From a virus, in IMG/VR virus record IMGVR_UViG_3300042391_001456, positions 1 to 64,000 of that record: 64,000 nt of DNA, one strand, 5' to 3'. Of the stretch, positions 10,336 through 20,248 are shown piece by piece. The translations under genes were made by a program, and so were the position numbers. Each line of letters starts with the position of its first letter. The first letter of the stretch is position 1. Under the pieces are notes generated by a model. That model did no database searches. It was not told where the DNA came from and saw only the letters and a list, made by a program, of their open reading frames with translations.

Positions 10336-12075
10336 ATGGCTTCTTATAATTATAGAAATAATAACAGTGGTGATGGAATGGGTTTTGTAAATTCCGCTGT
10401 TGAAAATAAAGGTCTTTTTAATAGAATACTTCGTAATTTATCCAATTATGGTATGAATTATGATGATATGATAATTAGAAACCAAGTTGGTGTCGGTATT
10501 AATGAAGATCCTTATAGTGCTAAGGGTGATTCAATGTATAATTTCTTTTCACAGAGAGCTGTTGCTTCTGTTTTGAATAGAAAATCTATTCCTTATTTAG
10601 ATAGATCTTATCCAGATAAAAGAAGAATATTAAGAGAATATTCTATTAAAGATGAAATTAGAGATTTTGTTAGTGCAATTGCAGATGAATCAATTGTGTA
10701 TAATGATACAAAAGATTTCTGTTCACCATCTCCTCTTTCAAATGATTATTCTAAGGAAATAACTGATAAGTATCAAGAATACTTTGAGAAAGTTTACAAT
10801 AAATTTGGATTTTCTGATAGTGTAACTGCTTATCAAATGATGAAAGATTTTCTAATCGATGGTTATCTTGCAATTGAATTAGTTTGGGATGATAAAAAGA
10901 AGAATATTATTGCTTTTAATAGATTAAGACCAGAGAGTATAGTTCCTGCTTATGAGCCAAATGTTGGACACTTATGGATTCAATTTCCGGAAGATCCTCA
11001 GTTAAGAAGAATATTTTTAGATTCACAAATTGTTTTTATATCCTATTCTTCTCAGAATGATTATTCAGAGACATCATATGTTGAGGGTTTGATTAAGCCT
11101 TATAATCAGTTAAAAATTCTAGAACAAACTAGAATTATGTTTAACATTATGAATGCGACAATTTATCAAAAATTCACTATTCCAATTAAAGGTATGTCTC
11201 GTCAAAAAGCCGAAGAACAAATAGGTCAATTGATACAGGATTACTCGGAAGAGATTGAATTTGATGAATCATTAGGTACTATTCAGGTTAATGGGGCTAA
11301 ACACATACCTTATAATAAACAAGTTTGGTTCCCAGAGGGTGATGCTGGTACGCCAAATATGGAATTAATGACTCCACAAGGACATGATTTAAATGAAGAG
11401 TCTATGTTAAAGTGGTTTCATCAAGCACTTAAAAGAGCTTCTAAAATACCAGTTACTAGGTTTGAAGCTGAGAGTGGTGGTGGTACATTTGTAGCAGATC
11501 AATCTGGATTAACTAATGATGAGGTTAAATTTCATAATTTTATTGGTAGATTAAGAGCTAATTTTAAAGAATTAATTGTTAAACCAATAAAATTGCAAAT
11601 GTTAGTTGAGTTTCCTGAACTTATTGAAGATGATGTTGTTATGAATGAAATAGATATTAATTTCAACTCTAATCAAATTTTTGAAGAATGGAAAAAAATA
11701 AATAACTTAGCAAAAAGAGCCGAGGCAATTGGTACATTGACTGGTATTATGAATGGTGATAAACCTTATTTTCATATTGAATGGATTATGGATCATGTGT
11801 TTAAATTGACACCGGAGGAAAAAGCAGAGAATCAAAAATACTGGGCAAAGGATAGTTCTGGTGTTGGTTCTGGTGGTGCTCAGGGTGGTGCTCAAGGTGG
11901 AATGGATATGGGTGCTCAAGGTGGTGCTCAAGGTGGAATGGATATGGGTGCTCAAGGTGGTGCTCAAGGTGGAATGGATATGGGTGCTCAGGGTGGTGCT
12001 CAAGGAGGTCAAGCGGCTCCTGAAACTCCACCAGCTCAAGGTGGTGCTCAAGGTGGTGCTGAATTTGAATTCTAA
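10336..12075 (+). CDS. Portal protein (T4 gp20-like) with Gly/Gln-rich C-terminal tail
   Basis: FLIDG, SYVE..IKPYNQLKILE, KAEEQI, ASKIPVTR, DEVKF..FI.RLR..F. Confidence 0.95.
   Translation: MASYNYRNNNSGDGMGFVNSAVENKGLFNRILRNLSNYGMNYDDMIIRNQVGVGINEDPYSAKGDSMYNFFSQRAVASVLNRKSIPYLDRSYPDKRRILREYSIKDEIRDFVSAIADESIVYNDTKDFCSPSPLSNDYSKEITDKYQEYFEKVYNKFGFSDSVTAYQMMKDFLIDGYLAIELVWDDKKKNIIAFNRLRPESIVPAYEPNVGHLWIQFPEDPQLRRIFLDSQIVFISYSSQNDYSETSYVEGLIKPYNQLKILEQTRIMFNIMNATIYQKFTIPIKGMSRQKAEEQIGQLIQDYSEEIEFDESLGTIQVNGAKHIPYNKQVWFPEGDAGTPNMELMTPQGHDLNEESMLKWFHQALKRASKIPVTRFEAESGGGTFVADQSGLTNDEVKFHNFIGRLRANFKELIVKPIKLQMLVEFPELIEDDVVMNEIDINFNSNQIFEEWKKINNLAKRAEAIGTLTGIMNGDKPYFHIEWIMDHVFKLTPEEKAENQKYWAKDSSGVGSGGAQGGAQGGMDMGAQGGAQGGMDMGAQGGAQGGMDMGAQGGAQGGQAAPETPPAQGGAQGGAEFEF
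11875..12060 (+). repeat. 36-bp tandem repeat x3 plus partial copies (GAQGGAQGGMDM) in the portal tail
   Basis: GGTGCTCARGGTGGTGCTCAAGGTGGAATGGATATG units at 11875, 11911, 11947. Confidence 0.95.
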
Positions 12076-12085
12076 AAATTACTAT

Positions 12086-12118
12086 AAAAAAACCTCTCAA
12101 TATTTGAGAGGTTTTTTT
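12086..12118. terminator. Bidirectional intrinsic terminator
   Basis: AAAAAAACCTCTCAA-TAT-TTGAGAGGTTTTTTT. Confidence 0.85.
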
Positions 12119-12575
12119 ATGCTACATTATTTTCTTCTTTTATGTAAAAGTGACTGAATTGATCATCTATAAAACTCATTGATATTTCTAATTCAATTCC
12201 TGAATCCAATAGACCTATTATTGTTCTACCTAACTCTGTCTGTAATGGTCTCCATTCTATTTCCAACTCCTCAATAAAATCATTCTTTATAATCATTGAT
12301 ATAGTTTTCACTGCAAAAACTATATCAGATAACATTGGATCTGATGATCTATCACTACCAAGTTTGCCCCATTCATTAATATCTTCAATATCAAATTGAA
12401 TTCTTTTCCCCTCTAATAAAGAGTTTAATTTAATTTCTCTTTTAAATTGAATCCAGTTGGGCCACTTTTGTAATTTATCTTCAAATTGAGATATTTTGAT
12501 CCCATCTAAATAAAATTTATACTTTCTATTTTTTAGATGTGAATCACCACCATCTATTCTAAATAATTGACTCAT
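12117..12575 (-). CDS. Degenerate prohead-protease (gp21) paralog with internal RExK tag
   Basis: WGKLGSD...MLSD and RPLQTELGRTIIGLLDSGIELEISMS align by eye with YGEFDHP...SLSR and RLLSTYWGKEAKALVDDGCPVFVSSR of ORF 51590. Confidence 0.55.
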   Translation of the reverse strand: MSQLFRIDGGDSHLKNRKYKFYLDGIKISQFEDKLQKWPNWIQFKREIKLNSLLEGKRIQFDIEDINEWGKLGSDRSSDPMLSDIVFAVKTISMIIKNDFIEELEIEWRPLQTELGRTIIGLLDSGIELEISMSFIDDQFSHFYIKEENNVA

Positions 12576-12578
12576 AGT

Positions 12579-14483
12579 TTAAAATTTTAAAAAGTCTATT
12601 TGTTTCTTTTCTAAATTTGTTGATTTTACGACAACTTTTATTTTATCACCTAATCTTATTTCTTCCCCTAATTGACTTATCGCAACATATTTATCTGGAT
12701 ATGCCATCCATTTTCCTGGTAATTCTGATAATCTAATCAACCCTTCACACTTATTTTCTTCCAATTCTATATAGATTCCTCTATCTAATACACCGGAAAC
12801 TATACCATCAAATACTCTGCCTATTTTATCACTTAAATATTCCACTTGTTTATATTTAATTGAATCTCTCTGAGCTTTTGATGAAACAACTTCTTGTTTT
12901 GAGATCCATTCACATTTTGTATTTAAATCACCTGGTGTTAATTCACCTTTATATTTTTCTTGACCTAATGCTTTAGATAATAATCTATGTGTTAGTATAT
13001 CACTATATCTTCTTATTGGTGATGTAAAATGTGAATAATGTTGAAATCCTAGTCCATAGTGACCAATATCTCTGGTTGAGTATTTAGCTTTTTGTTGAGC
13101 TCTTATTATTAGAGTTGTTATTATATTCTCTTCACTCTCACCTTTTATCTTTTTAATTAGTTCATTTATAACTAACTTTGTTTTTTCAACTGTGTCCCCA
13201 AAGTGAATATCATATCCCAATCCTGATATAAATGATTTGAAATGTTCTAATTTACTTTCTTCTGGTTCTTCGTGTATTCTATTTACACATGGTAGGTTTC
13301 TAGACTTTATAAATTTAGCAACTTCTCTATTTGCTAATAACATATATTCCTCTATTAGGTGATTAGCTTCTTTTTGTTCTTTTAAATAAACCCCTATTGG
13401 TTTTTTATTATCATCTGCTAGTTTGAATTTAACTTCAACTCCTCCTATTTCCATAGAACCACCTAACATTCTTCTCTTTCTCATTTTTCTAGCTAATCTA
13501 TTTAATTCTAGAATTGCAGAATCACAATCTTTCCATTCTTCTGATGGTGTTCCTCTGTCGATAACTTCTTGAGCCATTTCATATGAGTAATCTCTATCTA
13601 CATTTATTATAGTTTTACCAAACCAAGTGCTTTCTATTCGACCATCATTATTTAACTCCACAATCACAGAAAAACATAGTTTATCACTTCCAGATTTGAG
13701 TGAACATATACCATTACTTAATCTCTTTGGTAACATTGGGACACATCTATCAACTAAATAAACGGATGTTGATCTTCTCAATGCTTCTTTATCTAATTCT
13801 GATCCTGGTTTTATATAATGTGTTACATCTGCTATGTTTATAGAAATAAATCTTTTACCATCTTTAAATTCCAATCCTATTGTATCATCCGCATCTTTTG
13901 AATCATGTGGATCTATTCCAATTGTTGGGACATTTCTTAGATCTCTTCTTCTTGATATTTCATTTTCTGTTATTACTTCAGGCATTATTTCCGCCTCATT
14001 TAAAACTTCTTGTGGAAAATCAACTGGTAATCCATATTCATACATTATAGCATTCATTTCAGTTTCATTCTCTCCTATAGATCCTAAAATTTTAGTAATT
14101 TTAGCATTGGGAGACTTTTGTCCATTTTCCCAACCAATAAATTCAACTAAAACTTTTTGATTATCTTCGGCTTTGTGAGATCCTTTTATATAGAAATCGA
14201 CATGTATTTTTGGATTATCTGGTATAACAAATGTGTGGTCTTTTTTTACTTGAGTGGTTCCTACAAATTCTGTTTTAAATCTCTTCACAACTTCTATTAC
14301 TTCTGCTTCTAGTTTTTTACCATTATCAAATAGTTTGACTTTTACCGTATCTAAGTGTAGTGAGTTACTTGTTCTTTTTTTGTTTATAAAAAATTCTTTT
14401 CCTTCGAATTTTAAAGTTCCATTTCCAGCTACTGAAAATTCTATTTGAGATTCTATTATATCTCCTTCTTTGTATTTAGCCAT
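12579..14483 (-). CDS. rnr: Ribonuclease R
   Basis: CSD domains, RNB motifs IDPHDSKDADD, IADV, IEEYML.AN, HFTSPIRRYSD, C-terminal S1. Confidence 0.92.
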   Translation of the reverse strand: MAKYKEGDIIESQIEFSVAGNGTLKFEGKEFFINKKRTSNSLHLDTVKVKLFDNGKKLEAEVIEVVKRFKTEFVGTTQVKKDHTFVIPDNPKIHVDFYIKGSHKAEDNQKVLVEFIGWENGQKSPNAKITKILGSIGENETEMNAIMYEYGLPVDFPQEVLNEAEIMPEVITENEISRRRDLRNVPTIGIDPHDSKDADDTIGLEFKDGKRFISINIADVTHYIKPGSELDKEALRRSTSVYLVDRCVPMLPKRLSNGICSLKSGSDKLCFSVIVELNNDGRIESTWFGKTIINVDRDYSYEMAQEVIDRGTPSEEWKDCDSAILELNRLARKMRKRRMLGGSMEIGGVEVKFKLADDNKKPIGVYLKEQKEANHLIEEYMLLANREVAKFIKSRNLPCVNRIHEEPEESKLEHFKSFISGLGYDIHFGDTVEKTKLVINELIKKIKGESEENIITTLIIRAQQKAKYSTRDIGHYGLGFQHYSHFTSPIRRYSDILTHRLLSKALGQEKYKGELTPGDLNTKCEWISKQEVVSSKAQRDSIKYKQVEYLSDKIGRVFDGIVSGVLDRGIYIELEENKCEGLIRLSELPGKWMAYPDKYVAISQLGEEIRLGDKIKVVVKSTNLEKKQIDFLKF

Positions 14484-14853
14484 TTTTATTTTTATTTTTA
14501 TCTCGTTTTGTATCTAGAGTTTTCCTCATTTTATCCATTACTTCATTATTTTGTATTGGATAATCAACTCCAAATGATTTTCTGAGAGTGTCTTTTCTTT
14601 TTGGTTCTGAACATTTTCTACAAAGATAATCTCCCCATTTTTTATTATCATATAGTAAATAGTTTTTATAGATTATATTTTTCTCAATTCCACAAGAGTC
14701 ACATTTGCATTTTATTTTAAAGTGAGATCCTTTTGAGAGTAGTTCGGGTGGTATAACAATAGTTTCTCCTATCGTAGTTTCGTAACCAAGATTGGTAAAA
14801 TAATTTAAATTATTTATATTAATTTTTATATTTATTTCCCTAGTGAGAATCAT
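14476..14853 (-). CDS. Zinc-ribbon protein resembling the DNA-binding part of phage homing endonucleases
   Basis: LSKGSH...CKCDSCG...CRKC, FGVDYPIQN; no nuclease domain. Confidence 0.65.
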   Translation of the reverse strand: MILTREINIKININNLNYFTNLGYETTIGETIVIPPELLSKGSHFKIKCKCDSCGIEKNIIYKNYLLYDNKKWGDYLCRKCSEPKRKDTLRKSFGVDYPIQNNEVMDKMRKTLDTKRDKNKNKNG

Positions 14854-14976
14854 AATTTTATCTATTATAATATTATATATAAAATTTTATGGATTGTTTA
14901 AACAAAATAGTTTATTAAAATATAAATTGAAGAGAAAGATATATTATAATATATATCAAAAAAATAATAATTAAAT

Positions 14977-15918
14977 ATGTCACAAAATGAAATGAGTGAA
15001 GAAGATTACTTAAAAAGACATCTTCAAGATTTGGAAGAAGGTAAAAAATCTCAAAATTTTATAAATTCTGATATTCCAATTTCTAATCCAAATATAGATA
15101 ATACTAGAGCATCTGACTTACAATACTTTAATTTTGATGTTAAGGAATTACCTTGTGGTCAGTTTTATCCATCTGGAACACTTTTTATGGTTAGACCTGC
15201 TCAAGTTAAAGAGATTCAATCATATTCGATGGTTGATGATAATAACTTTTATGATATTGTTGAGAAAATGAATGATATGTTACAGTCGTGTGTTCGTGTT
15301 AAATATGCTGATGGTAGAGTTTCTTCATATCTTGATATTAAAGATCAAGATAGATTGTTTCTAGTTTTTTTAATTAGAGAATTAACCTTTCAACAAGGTA
15401 ATGGTTTATCAGTTAATATAATGTGTAAATGTGGTGAAGAAAATGTTATTGAGTTAAAAAGAGATAATTTTGTTTATCATGATATTGATGATAAATTATT
15501 TAAATTTTATAATAAGAATACTGGTTCTTATCATTTCAACACTGTTAATGATAAAAATTTCGAACTTACTCCACCAAATATTGGATTACAAAAGGCATTT
15601 ACTGAATACATTTTAAAGGAAAATAATGAAAAAAGAAATCCAAATTTAGCATTTTTAAAAATTATTCCTTTTATGTTAGGTGGTAGAAGTAATATTACAT
15701 ATGATGGTATCAAAGCTAAATTAAAAGAATTTGAACAAATGGATCAAACATCTTTTCAGTTTTTAAATGCCGCTGTGAGTAAAATGACGTTTGGTATCAA
15801 AGAATTGAAGAAAAATTGTTCGTGTGGTGAGGAGATCCACACGGATATGCAGTTTCCCAACGGAGCCTCAGGTATTTTCGTTATTCATGACGCCTTTGAA
15901 GCATATATTAAAGAATAA
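14977..15918 (+). CDS. Baseplate hub / tail assembly protein (T4 gp26-like)
   Basis: LP.G.FY, VRP..VKE, DR.FL...IRE.T, CKCG and CSCG zinc knuckles. Confidence 0.8.
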   Translation: MSQNEMSEEDYLKRHLQDLEEGKKSQNFINSDIPISNPNIDNTRASDLQYFNFDVKELPCGQFYPSGTLFMVRPAQVKEIQSYSMVDDNNFYDIVEKMNDMLQSCVRVKYADGRVSSYLDIKDQDRLFLVFLIRELTFQQGNGLSVNIMCKCGEENVIELKRDNFVYHDIDDKLFKFYNKNTGSYHFNTVNDKNFELTPPNIGLQKAFTEYILKENNEKRNPNLAFLKIIPFMLGGRSNITYDGIKAKLKEFEQMDQTSFQFLNAAVSKMTFGIKELKKNCSCGEEIHTDMQFPNGASGIFVIHDAFEAYIKE

Positions 15919-16135
15919 ACTTCTTTTACAAAAACACTTTCATACTCAAGAGTGGTCAATGGATAATTGGCCATTCTGGATGTTTGAAGAAAACATTAAA
16001 CTTGTAAATGAAATTATTGAAGAAGAAGATAAACAGAGAAAATCTGATGAAGATTCTCAGAGATCAAGTATGCCAGACACATCATCTATGATGAAAAATG
16101 CATCAAATTTCACGAGTAATATTCCTAAATTTTAA
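15887..16135 (+). CDS. Baseplate hub assembly protein (T4 gp51-like); may be reached by frameshift from the upstream ORF
   Basis: LLLQKHF...MDNWPFW..E motif; overlaps the gp26-like ORF in the +1 frame (open from 15824). Confidence 0.65.
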   Translation: MTPLKHILKNKLLLQKHFHTQEWSMDNWPFWMFEENIKLVNEIIEEEDKQRKSDEDSQRSSMPDTSSMMKNASNFTSNIPKF

Positions 16136-16162
16136 AAACCCATCATTTGATGGGTTTTTTTA

Positions 16163-17095
16163 TTAGAATTCACCACTTTTGATCTTATTTATTTTATCTC
16201 TTAATTGAGATGCCATTTCATAATCTTCTATTGATAAATACTCTTCTAACTTTTTTTCTAATTTGGTTAGATCTGGTTTTATTTCTATCTCTGTATTTTG
16301 TATATTTTCTTTTTTAACTATTAATTCGATAGATTTTGAATTTTTGTAAAGTTCTTTTATTTCATTTCTAATTTCTATAGCTTTTTCAAAGTTTTGAGTT
16401 TTTATACAATATTCTAATTCTTTCTCTAAAGATTTTAAAAGGTTTATATCTAAGTTAGATATTTTGTCTCTTAAAATAGAAGCCTCCTCAAAGTTTTCAT
16501 TTGTTATAGCTACTTCTAATTTTTGATTTAAATCTTCTATATAATCTTTTTTCTCTTTTACTTTTTTCTCTTTTTTGAATACTAATTCTTTGCTATTATT
16601 TTTAATCATTTCAATTTCTTTTTCGGTTAAGTGAGTATACCATGTATTGAGAGTTAACTTGTCTTCTTTTTTATCATGCTTTACTGCAAAAACAAAAACA
16701 TTATCCTGTGTTAAGAATACTTTATCATAATCTCTTTTTTTGAAATATTCTAAATCTGCACAAAAAGTCAATTTATCGTAGTTGTTTTGTTTAAGGTTTA
16801 TAAATTTTATTTTAGATAAATTTTCATTTTTTAGATTATTGAATATAGTTGGTTCGATACTTAATAATTTATCATTTGATATCTCGTTAAATAATTTTGA
16901 TATATCACCATATTTATTGATGGTTGCTAATATTTTATATTCATTATCAATCTCAACTAAATATAATTTTGAATATTCATTCTTTTTAAAAAAGATGATA
17001 TCACCACTTTTGAAGTTTAAAATTTTACATATAGCACCTATTTGTAATCTATTATATGATTTAAGATCTATACATTTGATTGTTGATTGGTCCAT
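16163..17095 (-). CDS. Protein with three UVR (UvrB/C) coiled-coil motifs
   Basis: ENFEEASILRDKI, QNFEKAIEIRNEI, EDYEMASQLRDKI. Confidence 0.8.
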   Translation of the reverse strand: MDQSTIKCIDLKSYNRLQIGAICKILNFKSGDIIFFKKNEYSKLYLVEIDNEYKILATINKYGDISKLFNEISNDKLLSIEPTIFNNLKNENLSKIKFINLKQNNYDKLTFCADLEYFKKRDYDKVFLTQDNVFVFAVKHDKKEDKLTLNTWYTHLTEKEIEMIKNNSKELVFKKEKKVKEKKDYIEDLNQKLEVAITNENFEEASILRDKISNLDINLLKSLEKELEYCIKTQNFEKAIEIRNEIKELYKNSKSIELIVKKENIQNTEIEIKPDLTKLEKKLEEYLSIEDYEMASQLRDKINKIKSGEF

Positions 17096-17111
17096 CTTTT
17101 AATTATTTATA

Positions 17112-17119
17112 CAAATATA
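17112..17119 (-). promoter_or_regulatory. Bacteroidota-type -7 element (TATATTTG)
   Basis: TAnnTTTG upstream of the UVR gene. Confidence 0.7.
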
Positions 17120-17178
17120 GTAAATATTAAAAAATATACAATTTTTTTTTAATATATAATAAAAAAAATTCCTTTTTA

Positions 17179-19626
17179 ATGAAGTATATTGTTAATAGAG
17201 AAGTATTTATTCAAAGAAATATTTCTAAAAAGTTTGAAAAAACACCATATTCTGGTCATAATTTTCCTATATATGAAGAATATTCGGATGGTGGGAGTGG
17301 TAAACCAATGTTTAGTAATAATATTGGTTGGAACGATTCTTTATTGGGTCGTTTAATAAATCATATTATAAGAAAAGTTAAAGTAAAATTAGCATCTTTA
17401 GTTCAAATTCCAAAATTAATTAACCGACTTAATTCTGAATTTGAGAGAATTTATACCAATGGTTGTCTTATAGCTACCTATGATGCTGATATTAAGTATA
17501 AAATGGAGGTTATAAAATTAGAGTTTTATTCTTTTTTATTTGAAGTTAAAAATTCAATCGCTAATGGCGAAAGTGCTTCTATTATTAAATCTTTAGTTAA
17601 AAATGCTATTGGTAAGTTAAAAGAATCATCTGATGAGTTAGAAGATAAAGATAAAATGATACAGGAATTAGAGAAGTTTTTAGACTTTTTAGAGAATTAT
17701 AAAGATGATGAAAAAACTACAATCTCAACTGAGAATTCGGAGGCTTTTTCTGATAAATATAGTTTGTTAGTTTCTAATTTAACATATCTATCAAAAATTA
17801 TTGAGCAATATAAAAAGATAAATTTTGATTCACCATCTAATTCAAATGTTGATAGTAAAAAAGCGGTCAATCCAAATGTTAATGTTGGTGAAAAATCTAA
17901 GGTTGCTTCTATAGTTGATAGTTATCAATCATTTTGTGAGAATGTTATATCAAAAGAGCAAAATCATGCATTACAAGCATTTAAGAAATTAAAAATTCAA
18001 TGTCAAAATTTAGATAAAACATTGAAGGGATCAAAGGATCCAATTGTTAGCAATGTTGGGTTAAGTAAAGTAATATCCAATAAAGATAGTGAGGTTTATA
18101 AAAATTTTATAATAAAGTTATTTGTTGATATTGTTAAGAATATTTCCGGTAAAAATAAGACATTTACTATTCCTGCTAATAAATTGTATGAAAATTGGAA
18201 TTTTAGAATTGATAAACTAACGACTAGTGAATTTAGTTCAATATCTGATAAGATTTCAAAATTTGCTCATGTGGCTTTATTATTTAAAAAAGAAGAAGAG
18301 AACGGTAACTCACTTTACAATGAATATAATTTTGATGGTGTTGACTTTGGTAAAAACTTGAAGGGGTATGTTGATACTATGAGTCAGATAAAATCTCTAA
18401 AAGTTGGAAATAGTGAAGTTAATAATGAAGTTAAGGATAATTCGAACAATGATGAGATTTCTAAATATTTTGAAGATAATTGTAACACTGTATCTAAATT
18501 TGAGGTAGATGAAAAAATAATTGAAGAGTTAGAAGTTAAATTAAAAAATATAAATATTAAAAGAGGATTTATAATTGATGGATTTGATCCAATTATAGAG
18601 ATATTGAGAATTTTTAATCAGGCATATAAGTTATATATGACTCCAATTATCTCTAAAAGAAGTCAAAATTTAGATGGTTCTGCTGCTGGTCCTAGTCCAG
18701 GTACTCTCTTTGAGTATACCGATATGGGTGGTGGTAATAATGGTCCTTGGAGAAATAATGAAATTTTTGATAAATGGGAAGATGCTGTTTTTGATATTTT
18801 AGGTAATAGAAAATACCAAGTAATTTTCGATAAAGATACTTCATTGAGAGTTGGTGATGAAATTAGAGAAGGTAAAGGTCCATTGCTTAGAAAGTTTATG
18901 ACTGATTTATTAGATGGCTCTAAGTTATATGGTAAAGGTTCTTCTTCTGGTGATGGAGTGGGTGCTCAGAAAAATTTATTAGATAAATATTTTGATGAAG
19001 CACCAAAAGATGTTAGTGTTGAACCTACTGGTGGGAATGGTATTGTTGAGGCTAATGTTGAAATGCAACAAACAATAAATGAAAATTCTAAAAAAATAGA
19101 AATATTAAAATTAAATAGTCCTGGTCCGGTATATATTGATTCTCCAGGTACTTTCTTTATTATAGATGGATCTGACATTGATAAAAACATTAAAGTTCAA
19201 ATATTTGCTCATTATATTTCGGATGATAGAATATCATTTATAAGAAGCTTTGGACCTTGGAAAAAAGCAATAGATCCTATAGAGATAACTAAAAATGATT
19301 TAAATAATATGATTAATAAACCTTCTGCTGAGGGTGGCAATCCATATACTATATTCTATACTAATATTAAGAATTTTAAAAATGAGGTTCAATTAAATAA
19401 AGAAATGTCTATTAAATATACTTCTAAAGAAAAATACAATGAAAGTTATACATTAAATGTTAAAGTAAATGATATTTATAAAATTTGTATAAAAGAAGAA
19501 GATTTAAAGATATTAGACTTATCTAGTTCTTTTGATAAGGAGTATAAACAAAAATTTCAAAAATTAGGAGTAGATGTTCAATTTAAGCCAAAACCTGAAA
19601 ATAAAATTGTAAAATACACTAAATGA
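17179..19626 (+). CDS. Large late hypothetical protein, possible internal head protein
   Basis: 815-aa ORF, late promoter at about 17150, tag-like start MKYIVNREVF. Confidence 0.7.
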   Translation: MKYIVNREVFIQRNISKKFEKTPYSGHNFPIYEEYSDGGSGKPMFSNNIGWNDSLLGRLINHIIRKVKVKLASLVQIPKLINRLNSEFERIYTNGCLIATYDADIKYKMEVIKLEFYSFLFEVKNSIANGESASIIKSLVKNAIGKLKESSDELEDKDKMIQELEKFLDFLENYKDDEKTTISTENSEAFSDKYSLLVSNLTYLSKIIEQYKKINFDSPSNSNVDSKKAVNPNVNVGEKSKVASIVDSYQSFCENVISKEQNHALQAFKKLKIQCQNLDKTLKGSKDPIVSNVGLSKVISNKDSEVYKNFIIKLFVDIVKNISGKNKTFTIPANKLYENWNFRIDKLTTSEFSSISDKISKFAHVALLFKKEEENGNSLYNEYNFDGVDFGKNLKGYVDTMSQIKSLKVGNSEVNNEVKDNSNNDEISKYFEDNCNTVSKFEVDEKIIEELEVKLKNINIKRGFIIDGFDPIIEILRIFNQAYKLYMTPIISKRSQNLDGSAAGPSPGTLFEYTDMGGGNNGPWRNNEIFDKWEDAVFDILGNRKYQVIFDKDTSLRVGDEIREGKGPLLRKFMTDLLDGSKLYGKGSSSGDGVGAQKNLLDKYFDEAPKDVSVEPTGGNGIVEANVEMQQTINENSKKIEILKLNSPGPVYIDSPGTFFIIDGSDIDKNIKVQIFAHYISDDRISFIRSFGPWKKAIDPIEITKNDLNNMINKPSAEGGNPYTIFYTNIKNFKNEVQLNKEMSIKYTSKEKYNESYTLNVKVNDIYKICIKEEDLKILDLSSSFDKEYKQKFQKLGVDVQFKPKPENKIVKYTK

Positions 19627-20186
19627 GGTATTTAAAAAAATGGAATCTTTGGTTGGAAAATTTAGAAATTAAAGACTCTGATACATCTGATATTAAAAAA
19701 GCTAAAGAAAAATTGAATACTCTTAGATCACAAATAGATGAGTTCAATTCTAAATATAAAGAGATTGATATTGCTTATAAATCAAATGATGATAAAAAAA
19801 TATTAGACATGGAGAAAAAATTATTCGGTTCTACTGATATCAAAAATGGGGCTGATAGAAATGAATTTTTAGTTAAATATTTAAATATCGCTAAAAAGAA
19901 AAGACAAATAGATAAGGGTGTTAATCAAATAGCGACTGATAATCTAAATCTTCAGAAATCACAGGATATATTAAATATCGCGACTGATAAAGGTATTAAA
20001 GATCAGTATAATAAAGAAATACCAAAAATAAAACAAAAAATACAGAATACGAAAAATAGTATAGAAAAGAAAAAGGTTGATGTGTCTAATAGTTTTGAGG
20101 GAATTCAGAAAGAAATGTTGGAACGTGAGAAAGAAATGTTGAACTACATCAATCGGATAATAAAAGATTCAAATAGGGAGTATTAA
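19623..20186 (+). CDS. Coiled-coil protein with N-terminal tag (MRYLKKWNLWLE)
   Basis: ORF overlapping the upstream stop. Confidence 0.7.
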   Translation: MRYLKKWNLWLENLEIKDSDTSDIKKAKEKLNTLRSQIDEFNSKYKEIDIAYKSNDDKKILDMEKKLFGSTDIKNGADRNEFLVKYLNIAKKKRQIDKGVNQIATDNLNLQKSQDILNIATDKGIKDQYNKEIPKIKQKIQNTKNSIEKKKVDVSNSFEGIQKEMLEREKEMLNYINRIIKDSNREY

Positions 20187-20248
20187 AAATGGAAAAAAAT
20201 GGTTTTTTATACTTTATATATATGATAACAAAAAAATAATTAAAAAAT

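Noticed and set aside
11707-12157. Repeat-rich alternative ORFs over the portal tail, and likewise 34331-34672
   Set aside because: Stop-free frames created by tandem repeats
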